DNA of 64,000 nt from a plasmid. The stretch's first letter is position 1. Every line of letters begins with the position of its first letter. The translations under genes and the position numbers were made by a program. Under the pieces are notes generated by a model that was given only the letters and a program-made list of their open reading frames with translations, made no database searches and was not told where the DNA came from. The stretch lies in sequence record NZ_CP041047.1. One strand, written 5' to 3'. This document shows, one piece after another, positions 30,164-40,171 of this stretch.

Positions 30164-30379
30164 ATGATTCGCATATGGAGAGAAGTTGTAAACGTAAAGG
30201 TTCAGGACGGGAGCCGTAACGGACGAATCTGGTTTCTTGAACTTTCGTGTGGCCATCATGCTGTCAGACGTATACCTCGATTACGTCTGCATAATCTGAC
30301 GCAATTCGAACGACTTGAGCCACCAGCTAAATGTCACTGTGTATTGTGTGAAATAGATGCTATTGCAGGACAAAAATAG
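30164..30379 (+). CDS. Hypothetical small Cys-rich protein (71 aa)
   Basis: ORF immediately downstream (3-bp spacing). CxH...CHCVLC. Confidence 0.3.
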   Translation: MIRIWREVVNVKVQDGSRNGRIWFLELSCGHHAVRRIPRLRLHNLTQFERLEPPAKCHCVLCEIDAIAGQK

Positions 30380-30487
30380 CAATAAACACAACATAAAAGC
30401 CCTCAATTTGTCCCCATTGTTTTTAGCCTGACAGCATTGGTACTGATAGCCTAATCATATTTAAACGCATAACCCTATGGTGGACAT

Positions 30488-30892
30488 ATGAAAAAAGCTG
30501 TTTTTGGCCTTTTAGCACTATTGCCCTTCATAACCAGCGCAGAATCGATCGATCCGAACGATTTCTATGCTCAGCAGCCTTCTCAAAACTACCAACAACC
30601 TGCTGCCAGCGAGCAACAGGACGATGCTGACAATTCCAGTGACCAGACAGCTGCGATCGTATTGAACCTGGAAAGTTACAAACCGCTGGGGAATTTTGTA
30701 GTCCCCCAGGGAGTAGAACGCCCATTCATTGGTCTTATTAACAGCAAAATTTTCATACTGTCTGAGCAACCAGATAAACGCTTGGCTGGCCTATGGATAG
30801 GTCGTAGTCAGGATGGTCGTGAAGCACTTTGTGGTTACCTGAACAACAGTATGCAGGTCAGAAAATGTTATTACATCTTATATCGTGAGTAA
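30488..30892 (+). CDS. Hypothetical secreted protein (134 aa)
   Basis: N-terminal signal peptide MKKAVFGLLALLPFITSA. Confidence 0.45.
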   Translation: MKKAVFGLLALLPFITSAESIDPNDFYAQQPSQNYQQPAASEQQDDADNSSDQTAAIVLNLESYKPLGNFVVPQGVERPFIGLINSKIFILSEQPDKRLAGLWIGRSQDGREALCGYLNNSMQVRKCYYILYRE

Positions 30893-30918
30893 AAAATGGG
30901 GCCGTAGCCCCATTTATT

Positions 30919-31935
30919 TTAATGTTTGAATGAGGGTATAAAGGGTATTACTGGATTTGTTCCTAGCGAAGCTAATTCGTTAGGCGCAAGATAACGTCGC
31001 AGTTCAGTAATCAATATATCAACTGATTTATCCCAGCCATCTCTCACAATGTTTAGAATGTGCCGAGCTGGATAATGTGTTAGAAAAGGATGGTTGGGGC
31101 CAAATTTATTAAGGTGTTCAATAGTACCTATTGCATCGAGATAATCTGTAACAAGATGGTGTTCTGACTCAAAAATAGCGACAAATTTATAACCATCAGC
31201 AGCGTTTACCCACTGGCAAGTACAGTCATTAAGCTGAAATTGATTAGAACGTTTTTCCCCCTTGGGTTTAGGATTGACTCCAATACCAAAAGACAAATAC
31301 AAACCTTTCCTTCCCCAGAAGGCCGGTCTCTTCAAGTCCTGACCATTGTTTCCTTCGACCTCTCCAAGAATGCCAAACAAAGTAGCTGATTCTTGGTTAG
31401 GATTCGTTCTCATACGGAAAAGAATGCATAGATCTGCAAACTTTAAGCTATTATAAACTGAATTATAAAAGACATTCTCATGGCCAAGTAGATAAGGATT
31501 ATGCTCTACCGCAAAATTAGTGCCACTTCTAAAGTCACGGCAGCTAATGAATACACCAAACTGGCTCATATTAGCGAGGATATCGACATTGCGATAATCA
31601 GACAAATTAATAAGTATAGTATTTAAGACTTCTCTACCTTCATAACTCATCAGATAGTGGCAGAGCAAATTTTGTAGACCGAAGTTTCTGAACTGATCTT
31701 TAATTAAAGAAAAATATCCTTCACCAGCTAATGAAACTAGGTTTCTCATTGTTGGTGTATGTTTCCCCATGAGAGGGGAATTAAAACGTACCTTCATCCG
31801 GTTATTATCATAAAGGGTTTCAATAATTGAGCAAAAGTGCATCGCCCAATACGCGTTGTTATCACCAATTAAACCGGGTTTCACTACAGTAGTTTTAGAA
31901 AAATCCATTCTGTCTCCAAAGCAGTAATCAGTCAC
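30919..31935 (-). CDS. Hypothetical protein (338 aa), lone opposite-strand gene in a low-GC island
   Basis: Long ORF. No recognisable motif. Confidence 0.5.
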   Translation of the reverse strand: MTDYCFGDRMDFSKTTVVKPGLIGDNNAYWAMHFCSIIETLYDNNRMKVRFNSPLMGKHTPTMRNLVSLAGEGYFSLIKDQFRNFGLQNLLCHYLMSYEGREVLNTILINLSDYRNVDILANMSQFGVFISCRDFRSGTNFAVEHNPYLLGHENVFYNSVYNSLKFADLCILFRMRTNPNQESATLFGILGEVEGNNGQDLKRPAFWGRKGLYLSFGIGVNPKPKGEKRSNQFQLNDCTCQWVNAADGYKFVAIFESEHHLVTDYLDAIGTIEHLNKFGPNHPFLTHYPARHILNIVRDGWDKSVDILITELRRYLAPNELASLGTNPVIPFIPSFKH

Positions 31936-32030
31936 TCATAACACGATATTTGCAGTGAAAGTTATATCTGTAAGCAAATTTCGTCAGCTGTTAGCGTCGT
32001 ATTAGGCTTAGTAAAAAGCCGGAGGTAGAT

Positions 32031-32354
32031 ATGCCTAAAGACGATGTTGCAACAATCATAATCCAGAATGGGTTGACGCATAAAGTAAATGTGATCTGCA
32101 AATTCAGCGCACAAATCGACAATCAAATGTTCTCATTCATCATCCATCGCACATTAAGCGTATGTCGATATGCGCTTGTCTGTAAGGTAACAGGCCAAAG
32201 AATTGCAGTTCTTGATACCAGTCGAGTAAAGGCACTTGGTATGGAAGCAGCAGGTAAACTAGCGCTATCAGATCTGGCCTCATCATTAGGCGAGACTAGA
32301 CTTGCTGCGATTCTGACAAATTCACTTCAGAGCAGGAGCGCGGCAAGTGAGTGA
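32031..32354 (+). CDS. Hypothetical protein (107 aa), translationally coupled to the PAPS-reductase-like gene
   Basis: Its stop overlaps the downstream GTG start. Confidence 0.4.
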   Translation: MPKDDVATIIIQNGLTHKVNVICKFSAQIDNQMFSFIIHRTLSVCRYALVCKVTGQRIAVLDTSRVKALGMEAAGKLALSDLASSLGETRLAAILTNSLQSRSAASE

Positions 32355-33417
32355 TTTAATCGACGATAACTTTATTATTCCTGCACTGAGTAGCATAGCA
32401 GGCATCACCACGCCACTATCAGGACAAACGTACAGGAACGCTCCAGATATCGACATATCTTGCTATGACGTGATAATCATTTGCCTTAGCGGCGGAAAAG
32501 ACTCCATAGCCTGCCTTCTCCACTTAATTGACATCGGGGTCGATCTGTCCAGGGTGGAACTCTGGCATCACGATGTTGATGGCCGCGAGGGAAGTACTTT
32601 AATGGACTGGCCATTTATGGCCGACTACAACCGCAAAATAGCTTCAACATTTCAGATACCGTTGATGTTCTCCTGGCTTCAGGGAGGAATGGAAGGTGAG
32701 ATGCTGAAAGAGAATGGCTACAGTCGCCCGCAATGTATCGAAACCCCAGATGGATTAATAATCGCGGAACGTGATATCCAGCGAAGCACTCCCGCCACGC
32801 GACTTCGGTTCCCTCAGCAATCACCAAGCCTTAAAACACGTTGGTGCTCATCAGCACTAAAAATTGATGTTGGTCGGCGAGCACTCACAAATCAGAGACG
32901 CTTTGACGGAAAAAAGGTGCTTTTTATTACGGGGGAAAGGAGAGCGGAAAGCTCTAATAGATTCAATTACTTACAACTGGAGCCACATACCAGCAGTTGC
33001 AAAAAAAGACAAGTTGATGCCTGGAGGCCAGTACTTGAATGGTCTGAAGAACAAGTCTGGGAGATTTTAGCAAAACATCGTGTTACAGCCCCAGTACCGT
33101 ATCGTCTTGGATGGGGTCGCAGTTCATGCTTAACGTGTATATACAACAGTGCTCGCATATGGGCAACCATCAAACATTATTTCCCCGAGCGTATTCACGC
33201 AATGGCCAACTATGAAAACCGCTTTGGGGTCACTATCAGTCGTAAACGAATAAATGTTCTGGATCTAAGCCAGAATATTTCTCCTATTAATATCACGGAT
33301 GAGGAAGCGCTGCTGCAAGCGGTAAATCCGGTCTATACATTGCCCGTCATTAACATGTCAAAAGAATGGGTGCTACCTGGTGGGGCGTACAACCGGGAGA
33401 AATGCGGGTCAGACTAA
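32347..33417 (+). CDS. Phosphoadenosine-phosphosulfate-reductase-family PP-loop protein
   Basis: PP-loop motif SGGKDS at residues 48-53. GTG start with an AGGAG RBS. Confidence 0.6.
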   Translation: MSDLIDDNFIIPALSSIAGITTPLSGQTYRNAPDIDISCYDVIIICLSGGKDSIACLLHLIDIGVDLSRVELWHHDVDGREGSTLMDWPFMADYNRKIASTFQIPLMFSWLQGGMEGEMLKENGYSRPQCIETPDGLIIAERDIQRSTPATRLRFPQQSPSLKTRWCSSALKIDVGRRALTNQRRFDGKKVLFITGERRAESSNRFNYLQLEPHTSSCKKRQVDAWRPVLEWSEEQVWEILAKHRVTAPVPYRLGWGRSSCLTCIYNSARIWATIKHYFPERIHAMANYENRFGVTISRKRINVLDLSQNISPINITDEEALLQAVNPVYTLPVINMSKEWVLPGGAYNREKCGSD

Positions 33418-33526
33418 TTAGCCATCAGCGATTTATAGCTGAGATTTCGTCACCTGAATATTACGTGGAAAATAGATATCAAATAGCAACATTGATACAG
33501 GCTTAACCGCCTCTGAAGGAAATATT

Positions 33527-33844
33527 ATGACGATGGTAACGGCCAGAAATTGTACTGAAACACGGTTCAACCAGTTATGGGATGCTCTGCATGAAAAAAG
33601 CAGTGCGGAAAACGAATCCTTGTTTCAGCAAGAATTGCATCGCTGCCGCAGTAAACGTCAGCGAAGTAAACTGGCCGGGCGATTCGCCGGTGCCTGGCAA
33701 ACCTTATTCGATGCCTTCTGTGAAGGTCGGGTCTTCTGCTCACTTCTGGACTCGGTTATCCACCAGGAGAGTATCAGCGAATGGCAGGTTGAAGAGTTAA
33801 TCTCATTCACTTCTGCCCAGATGTCGACTCTATACAAAGGGTAG
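33527..33844 (+). CDS. Hypothetical protein (105 aa)
   Basis: ORF only. Confidence 0.3.
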   Translation: MTMVTARNCTETRFNQLWDALHEKSSAENESLFQQELHRCRSKRQRSKLAGRFAGAWQTLFDAFCEGRVFCSLLDSVIHQESISEWQVEELISFTSAQMSTLYKG

Positions 33845-33852
33845 AGGTAGAT

Positions 33853-34188
33853 ATGGGACAAAGAAAATGTGCAGCAGCGTTCCTGCTCGCTGAAGAAATG
33901 TACCAGATACCAGCGACCAAATCGGTGATACTTGCCCGGGACCTGGAAGAAAGAGGGTTGTATCTCCGCGCTGCCAGGCAATGGGGAGAGGTCATGTTTG
34001 AACATACCCAGTGTACTGAGTACATTGTTGAACAACGGGAACGTTGCATTCGGTTATCCAATTCTCGCCATGAAGACCGTATCAGACAGCATGAGCAGGC
34101 AAGTGATCTTCAATATATTCACAAGCATATTAATGATGTATACACACGGATGGGACTAAAAGACGATGGTGTCTTTAATACCGCCTGA
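33853..34188 (+). CDS. PerC-family transcriptional regulator-like protein
   Basis: LEERGLYLRAARQWGEVM...RERCIRL fits the PerC signature. Confidence 0.45.
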   Translation: MGQRKCAAAFLLAEEMYQIPATKSVILARDLEERGLYLRAARQWGEVMFEHTQCTEYIVEQRERCIRLSNSRHEDRIRQHEQASDLQYIHKHINDVYTRMGLKDDGVFNTA

Positions 34189-34571
34189 TTTGTCGACCTT
34201 TTCCGTTCATTAAAAAATGAAACTGAGGAGAATGAGCGCACTCTTGACTGATTTTGACGGAGGATTACGTAAGTGGTTAAACAAAGTTTATTTGACCTTA
34301 TAGGAGCTACCACGGGCCCAGAGCGAGATCTGTTGATCGTAAGCCTTCAGTCTCTACATCGTGAACGAGTAAGCTCATACAATGCATTGTGTACAGCCTG
34401 CTCAATCTCTGGAGATAAAGTCCCGCCAATGTCTTTATTCGGCATAGACGAGGTTACTGATGCACTACGCCGGTTAGGTGCATTACCGATCAGATAGTTC
34501 TTCAAGTAGTCAGGGTGAACAGGTTTGAATTGATACAAACGGCCTATGCTGAAGAGGAACAGAGATAACTG

Positions 34572-35033
34572 ATGAAAACAAACGAAAACCTGCTGAACAG
34601 CATTGGAAAAAGTATTCGAATGTGGCGAGATAACTGCTTCCCTCCATTTCAGCGAGCGTATGGAACATGGTTATTGGTTCTGGTTTCGGTTAATGCCGGG
34701 ATATGGTTTTACATAACCTCTGACTGGTCTGTACAGTTCGTCGGCAATATAGCAGGGCTCTTGGTTTTCCCAATGCTGGGTCGAAAGGTTTTTACAAAAC
34801 GCGCCAGATCTTGGCAAGAAGAACTGGATATTAAGCTGGCAAAATACAAACCGCATAACATAGCTGCATGGAGGGAGTTGCAGGCTTATGCCTTGGAATC
34901 CAATACGCTATCTTCACAAATTGTTGAACGGTGGTATTTCAAAGAGCGGGAATTTATCAAGACGGCCCAAAAAGGGAAGCCGGGTAGTTCTGAACTCAAA
35001 TTTCTCAAGAATAATACTGGATCAAAGCCTTAA
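34572..35033 (+). CDS. Hypothetical membrane protein (153 aa)
   Basis: Two predicted TM helices. Confidence 0.35.
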   Translation: MKTNENLLNSIGKSIRMWRDNCFPPFQRAYGTWLLVLVSVNAGIWFYITSDWSVQFVGNIAGLLVFPMLGRKVFTKRARSWQEELDIKLAKYKPHNIAAWRELQAYALESNTLSSQIVERWYFKEREFIKTAQKGKPGSSELKFLKNNTGSKP

Positions 35034-35114
35034 GGAATCTGAGAGCCGGTGCGTAATGCAGAACCCACAGCCGAAGGGTTTTGGGAGTTAAACTGATACA
35101 GCTTTTACCGTGAG

Positions 35115-35525
35115 GTGGGATTTATGTCGAATGTCTTGCAGAAAGAAAACATCATCATGTCTCTGCCTCATCGTGACTGGAGTTGTGAAGTCATCGAGTG
35201 CCGATTAAAAGTGTGCCCCGTACCTGACGAACTCGACAGGGGGAATAACATCTTTTTCATCGTGGAAGACCTTTACCAGCTACGCGAGAACAGTGAATCA
35301 CTTAACGTGCTTGGACAAATTCTGGCGAAACGTTTCCCACACATACCACCAAAAAGAATGCACCTTGTGCTGCACCGACGTGATGTGCAGAAAGCTCATG
35401 GAGTAGCCATCCACCTCTACCGCTTCATGCGTAGCGAGAAAGAAAATAACCGTAGTATTTTCATTGGTCGTAACCCTACTGAAGTTTCCCAGAAGACGGC
35501 ATACGCCTCGATGTGCATTTTCTGA
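35115..35525 (+). CDS. Hypothetical protein (136 aa)
   Basis: ORF only. Confidence 0.3.
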   Translation: MGFMSNVLQKENIIMSLPHRDWSCEVIECRLKVCPVPDELDRGNNIFFIVEDLYQLRENSESLNVLGQILAKRFPHIPPKRMHLVLHRRDVQKAHGVAIHLYRFMRSEKENNRSIFIGRNPTEVSQKTAYASMCIF

Positions 35526-35724
35526 CCACCAGCTGTTGAATCGTCACAATAGCCGACATAGTCGGCTATTTTTTTACGCTAAGAAAAACCATTTATGCCC
35601 ACAAATTGCGGTTGAAAAAGCTATTTATTTTTGGGTGCAAAACGTCCTCATTCTCACTGTAACAATAAATTTCAACATGTGATTATAGTGAGAGTCGAAG
35701 CTGAAACATGAATGGTGGCTACAT

Positions 35725-36609
35725 ATGCATGATCTCCAGAATTCGTTAACTAGCAAAAATACCAACATTATCCGTGCTGAATTTGAAAATATGCTTTCTG
35801 CGCGTGGAACATCTATCGTGCGTTTTGATACCAACGCAGGGGCGAACAGCGGCGAGTATATAGGAAAAGGAATTCAACGTGAGTGGGTTGGGTATTTGCT
35901 AAACCATACGAGTTCTGGCCATACGGTCAAGGCATTTGAACCGGTGTATTCTATTCCTTTAAAAATCAGGCCAGACCTTCAATCCAGAAATATTGCAGAC
36001 CACCAGACTAAAGTAAAAAAGTTATTTGAAAGTTATGATGAAGCGTATCTTACAGCCGCTATAGACTCAGAAGAGTATTGCAAGCCATTCTGGGTTTATC
36101 AGAATGCAGATGACGGTCATTACTCGATCAGTACTCGCGGTTTCAAAAATGCAAATGCACCTGCAAGCATTCCGAGCGATAATCGCATTGATATCGCTCA
36201 GATGAAAATGGGATATCCCATGCTCGATTATTGCCATAACATTATACCGTCCTCAGTCGTGCGATTAGGATTTAATGGGCGAGTGTTTACGCAAGGTAAG
36301 TATTATTACACCAATGAAGAGGTTTTCAGTTGGTTGTCCCGGAACCCGGATAGCGCAGTTTTCATTACGTTCCCAAAAGTTAACCAGACTGATAGATCTG
36401 AATTGATGTCAATTATGAAACGAGAATTCCTGAATTCGTGGGGTTTATTCTCATATTATCGCTGGCTGGGACGCAGCACCGCATTACTGGCATTGAGCCC
36501 GGTCAGTTCTAATGCTTCTGTTAAGTTAAGAAGTAGCAATGCACACTTCTTCAAAAATGCAATGCTGGCTGTTAACACGATCATTCCTAAAGGTAACGGA
36601 ATTTCGTAA
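35725..36609 (+). CDS. Hypothetical protein (294 aa)
   Basis: ORF only. Confidence 0.4.
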   Translation: MHDLQNSLTSKNTNIIRAEFENMLSARGTSIVRFDTNAGANSGEYIGKGIQREWVGYLLNHTSSGHTVKAFEPVYSIPLKIRPDLQSRNIADHQTKVKKLFESYDEAYLTAAIDSEEYCKPFWVYQNADDGHYSISTRGFKNANAPASIPSDNRIDIAQMKMGYPMLDYCHNIIPSSVVRLGFNGRVFTQGKYYYTNEEVFSWLSRNPDSAVFITFPKVNQTDRSELMSIMKREFLNSWGLFSYYRWLGRSTALLALSPVSSNASVKLRSSNAHFFKNAMLAVNTIIPKGNGIS

Positions 36610-36658
36610 TCGGAATAGTTACCGTTAGAGTGATTTAAAGATCGATTCATTCTGGAAA

Positions 36659-37216
36659 TTGAACGAAGAAAATTTAATGGGAGTAACTATGACTGCACTA
36701 CGCCGTATCTCAACAGAACCAAGCTGGACTCCAGTTGGCATCCGGGGCGAAGGGTTACCGACTAAAGCAGGTGTATACCGTTTTATTGTTCCCCGGGAAG
36801 CCGATAGCTCAGAACATATTGAGTTTCTGGCGTTAGTGCGCTGGCGTAAACACGGTGTTCATCAACTGTTATTTCCCACCTTTGAATACATCGTATGCGA
36901 CGAGAATATCGTGCTCCCAGAAGGCACATGCTGGCGTGAACGCGAACCGTGGGATCCAGATACGCTGGGGGAAACCGAGTTCATCATCGTTCCTGAAATG
37001 AGCGCGGGTGCTCAACGCTGTCCGTTCTGCAAAGAAGTTCCGCGCATCGTTGGTGATAAATACAACTTTGAGTATAAGGAAAACTACATCACGAAAATGC
37101 CTCACCGGTTTAACCGCCTGTGGTTCAGCTGCTGTAAATGGGTTGCTCCTGTGCCCACTTCTGGGATTCAGTCACTGATTACGGCCTGGAACAAAATGCT
37201 CGGGTCATCCCGGTAG
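36659..37216 (+). CDS. Hypothetical protein with CPFC...CC zinc-binding motif (Lar-like?)
   Basis: CPFCKEVPRI...FSCCKW. Confidence 0.35.
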   Translation: MNEENLMGVTMTALRRISTEPSWTPVGIRGEGLPTKAGVYRFIVPREADSSEHIEFLALVRWRKHGVHQLLFPTFEYIVCDENIVLPEGTCWREREPWDPDTLGETEFIIVPEMSAGAQRCPFCKEVPRIVGDKYNFEYKENYITKMPHRFNRLWFSCCKWVAPVPTSGIQSLITAWNKMLGSSR

Positions 37217-37221
37217 GAGTA

Positions 37222-37527
37222 ATGATGAAATGTGCGTACCTACGAAAGTTTCTGATCATTGCTTTCATAACCGGCATTAGCGGATGCCAGAGTCTCGGAA
37301 TAGGGTTAAGCCTGGATGAGCGCTACCAGAAGGCTTATCAGAAAGTACTGGCTGACCCTAATGACGATAACATTAAGACTTTCATGAAACTCAGCCAGGA
37401 AAAAGGCGAAAGAGACATGCAAGAGGCAAATTCAAAAGCCGCAGCCGACACTCGTGAAAGCGATAAGGGGTTTACTGAGTATTTTAAATCATATGGCAAC
37501 GATGGATTTAAGCGGGCCAGACAATAA
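37222..37527 (+). CDS. Putative lipoprotein
   Basis: MMKCAYLRKFLIIAFITGISGC lipobox. RBS AGGAG. Confidence 0.45.
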   Translation: MMKCAYLRKFLIIAFITGISGCQSLGIGLSLDERYQKAYQKVLADPNDDNIKTFMKLSQEKGERDMQEANSKAAADTRESDKGFTEYFKSYGNDGFKRARQ

Positions 37528-37539
37528 GAAAGAGGTCAT

Positions 37540-37992
37540 ATGTCATTACAGCAATCGCATGAAAATCTGGAGTTCCTGAAGGGGGCGGTCTGGTGCGCCG
37601 CAAAACTCGTTCAGGAAATTGGCGATTCAAAAGGTGCAGCTATTCTTATCACAAACTTGCCGGTTGGAATTTTCCCTCAATGTAGCGAAAGGGATTTATT
37701 TGTTCTGAGGCAATATGTCAGGAAAGATCTGCCACTTGGTATTGATGCCGAATATAGCGATATCAGGCCGGTCTTAATTGATTATCTGGGAGAGCCAGTA
37801 GACCTTCCTGAGTGTGAACTGGATAATTATGAACCGGCTCCTGGTGAAATGCTCCGCTGGGGAGTAACTGGAGATCTCAGTTCCGGGACACGATGTGTGC
37901 TGGTGGATAATCTTGCTTATCTCGCTGAAGCAATTGGTATCAGCAACGCACTAAGGCAACAGGCCGCAGAGTCAATCCAGCGCACCCTGTGA
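37540..37992 (+). CDS. Hypothetical protein (150 aa)
   Basis: ORF only. Confidence 0.3.
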   Translation: MSLQQSHENLEFLKGAVWCAAKLVQEIGDSKGAAILITNLPVGIFPQCSERDLFVLRQYVRKDLPLGIDAEYSDIRPVLIDYLGEPVDLPECELDNYEPAPGEMLRWGVTGDLSSGTRCVLVDNLAYLAEAIGISNALRQQAAESIQRTL

Positions 37993-38059
37993 TTAGTGAG
38001 TCGCCCCGAATTTCGTAAGCAGCATAAATGCCCTTAATCTTTATCCTACATATTTCAGG

Positions 38060-38605
38060 TTGTTGGGGTTTACCATGTACAAAGACCATTTTCCACAAGC
38101 GTGTCCTTCATCGATAAAAGAGGGCCAGTCATGCTGGCGGGTATTTATTGATATGGACGTAGACAACCCGTCGAAAATAAAAACCAGCGTCGAATTAATA
38201 GAAGTTGGCGTAAAAACAATTCGAATGAAAAAGAATGCGGCAGAAGGCAGTGAAAAAACTGTTTTTCTTGTGGATAAAATCCCTGGAATCACATTTATCA
38301 AAATTCGGCCTAGCGACAAAAAGCCAAGCGTCTGGAATACAAGCATCAGCAGTTTCTATAAACATGACGTGGAAATCGGGAAAACATTCCCCGTTGGTAT
38401 CAGAACGACTAAAAGCGCTGCGTTTCGTACAGCAACAAAAAAAGTTGAACAGAGTATGCAAGAATACACTGATACTATAGCTAAGCTTGAAAACGACTAT
38501 GTTAAGAATGAGACGGAGATTGCTGAGTACAAAAATGAACTCGCTGCTTACCAAACAATACTCCAAACCCTAAAACGTATGGCAAAAAGGCATCTCAAGC
38601 AATAA
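38060..38605 (+). CDS. Hypothetical coiled-coil protein (181 aa)
   Basis: ORF only. Confidence 0.3.
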   Translation: MLGFTMYKDHFPQACPSSIKEGQSCWRVFIDMDVDNPSKIKTSVELIEVGVKTIRMKKNAAEGSEKTVFLVDKIPGITFIKIRPSDKKPSVWNTSISSFYKHDVEIGKTFPVGIRTTKSAAFRTATKKVEQSMQEYTDTIAKLENDYVKNETEIAEYKNELAAYQTILQTLKRMAKRHLKQ

Positions 38606-38927
38606 TACATTTCGTCTCTTTTCAGGTAAACAAAATGGAAACACAATGTATTTTCATTGCAGGTTTCAAAAATTGTTTCACTCTGGGCCATACATGTTTA
38701 GTATGGGGACATAACAAAGAGAACGCTGGCGAGTACGCTGGCATAAAGATCACCTTTCCCGGCCTGGCCGGGATTTTTTTTGTCTGATGTGCCGTCCTTC
38801 TCACCACAAACTTAATATCCTGACTATTTTTATGGATGTGCAGTGCAATTATTTAACGAATTACCATTCGTCACCAGACCGGACAGGCTGATAATAATGT
38901 CATCCGATACAGAGCTGGGGAGGGTGT

Positions 38928-39485
38928 ATGACTAATCGTGGCTATAGCAAAGTAATTATCGAAGGTACTGTAGGCCGTGAGCCTGAAATCCGACAACACC
39001 CTACCCACGGCATCTACGCAAAGATTTATGTAACAACATCTGAGTCCTCAATGGAGGATAAATCTGGTCTGGAGAAAATTACGGAAGAACACTATCAGAT
39101 CATTTTGCTTGGTCAATTTGCTGATGTGGCCCGCAATCATCTTCATGTCGGGACAGGAGTGTACCTGGAGGCCCAATTGCGTACCCGCCTAATCAAGGAG
39201 GATGGTAAAGAACGCTTCTTTATGGACGTACTTGTCAACCCCGTGAAGGGGCATGTTCTTCGCAAAGTCAATGTAGGCGGTAATAAACTGGTGAGTCGTC
39301 ACCTCCAGCAGAACCGTGGGCAGGATCACCGGCAGAATACCAGTTATAGCCGCAGGCCACAAAACACGAACGCGAGGCCAGCAACACCACGCAACTCGCC
39401 CCCAACAATGGAAAATTATTATTTGGGAAATCAGGATGAAGTTCCAGGAAGCACTGGTGCTTATGGAACTGAGATAGCCTTTTAA
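38928..39485 (+). CDS. Divergent single-stranded-DNA-binding (SSB/OB-fold)-like protein
   Basis: N-terminal SKVIIEGTVGREPEIRQ resembles the SSB start. Gly/Gln/Asn-rich tail ends in ...EIAF. Confidence 0.45.
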   Translation: MTNRGYSKVIIEGTVGREPEIRQHPTHGIYAKIYVTTSESSMEDKSGLEKITEEHYQIILLGQFADVARNHLHVGTGVYLEAQLRTRLIKEDGKERFFMDVLVNPVKGHVLRKVNVGGNKLVSRHLQQNRGQDHRQNTSYSRRPQNTNARPATPRNSPPTMENYYLGNQDEVPGSTGAYGTEIAF

Positions 39486-39540
39486 TGATTAGCAGCATAT
39501 CTGTTTTAATTTGTATCATAACTAATGGGGAATTATTGCC

Positions 39541-39894
39541 GTGAATGAATTCAATAACGCACTCCAGACGATACTGGAAAATGGGTCTATGTCATATGGC
39601 CAGGCTGCTATTTATGCCGGTGGTGCAATTTGCGTTGCGGCCCTTTTTTCGGCGATACTCAGAAGTGGACTACTGGTAATTTTGGGAATTGTCTCAGGCT
39701 TTTATCTGTTCAGTCTCAACACTCCAGACAGTACACTGGCGTATACTGCTGCTGCCTCAGACCGTCTCATCGAGCAGGTTAAAGCTGTCGGTGGATGCGC
39801 CACTAGACACATTGAGGATGCGCAAACTCTGGGTATCATCATAAAAAATGGCGATGTTATCGAGATAGCAAAGCAGTGCGGTATTATAAAATAA
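39541..39894 (+). CDS. Hypothetical small membrane protein
   Basis: Two TM segments. Confidence 0.3.
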   Translation: MNEFNNALQTILENGSMSYGQAAIYAGGAICVAALFSAILRSGLLVILGIVSGFYLFSLNTPDSTLAYTAAASDRLIEQVKAVGGCATRHIEDAQTLGIIIKNGDVIEIAKQCGIIK

Positions 39895-40171
39895 TAACCG
39901 TAGCATATTATGATTGATGAATGCCTGAATGGTAATCTGCTCGCGGATTACCATTATTTTTTGAGATGTCTTATAGAACTTATCTAAAATTACATACGAC
40001 TGTCATGACAGTATAAGGTCTTTATGAAAAACGTCGTCAAAACTTTACTACCCTCAGTGAACACTGGTGATCAAGACGAAAGCGTAAAATCGGATACGCT
40101 GACTGGCACTACTAAACCCTGCGACCACGGACTGGTTCATAATCATCTTTTAGGGCAGGAGGCCTGTTACT

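Noticed and set aside
34273-34538. Overlapping ORFs on opposite strands (34273..34497 plus strand, 34347..34538 minus strand)
   Set aside because: Cannot decide which, if either, is coding from sequence alone. Neither has a convincing RBS or motif.
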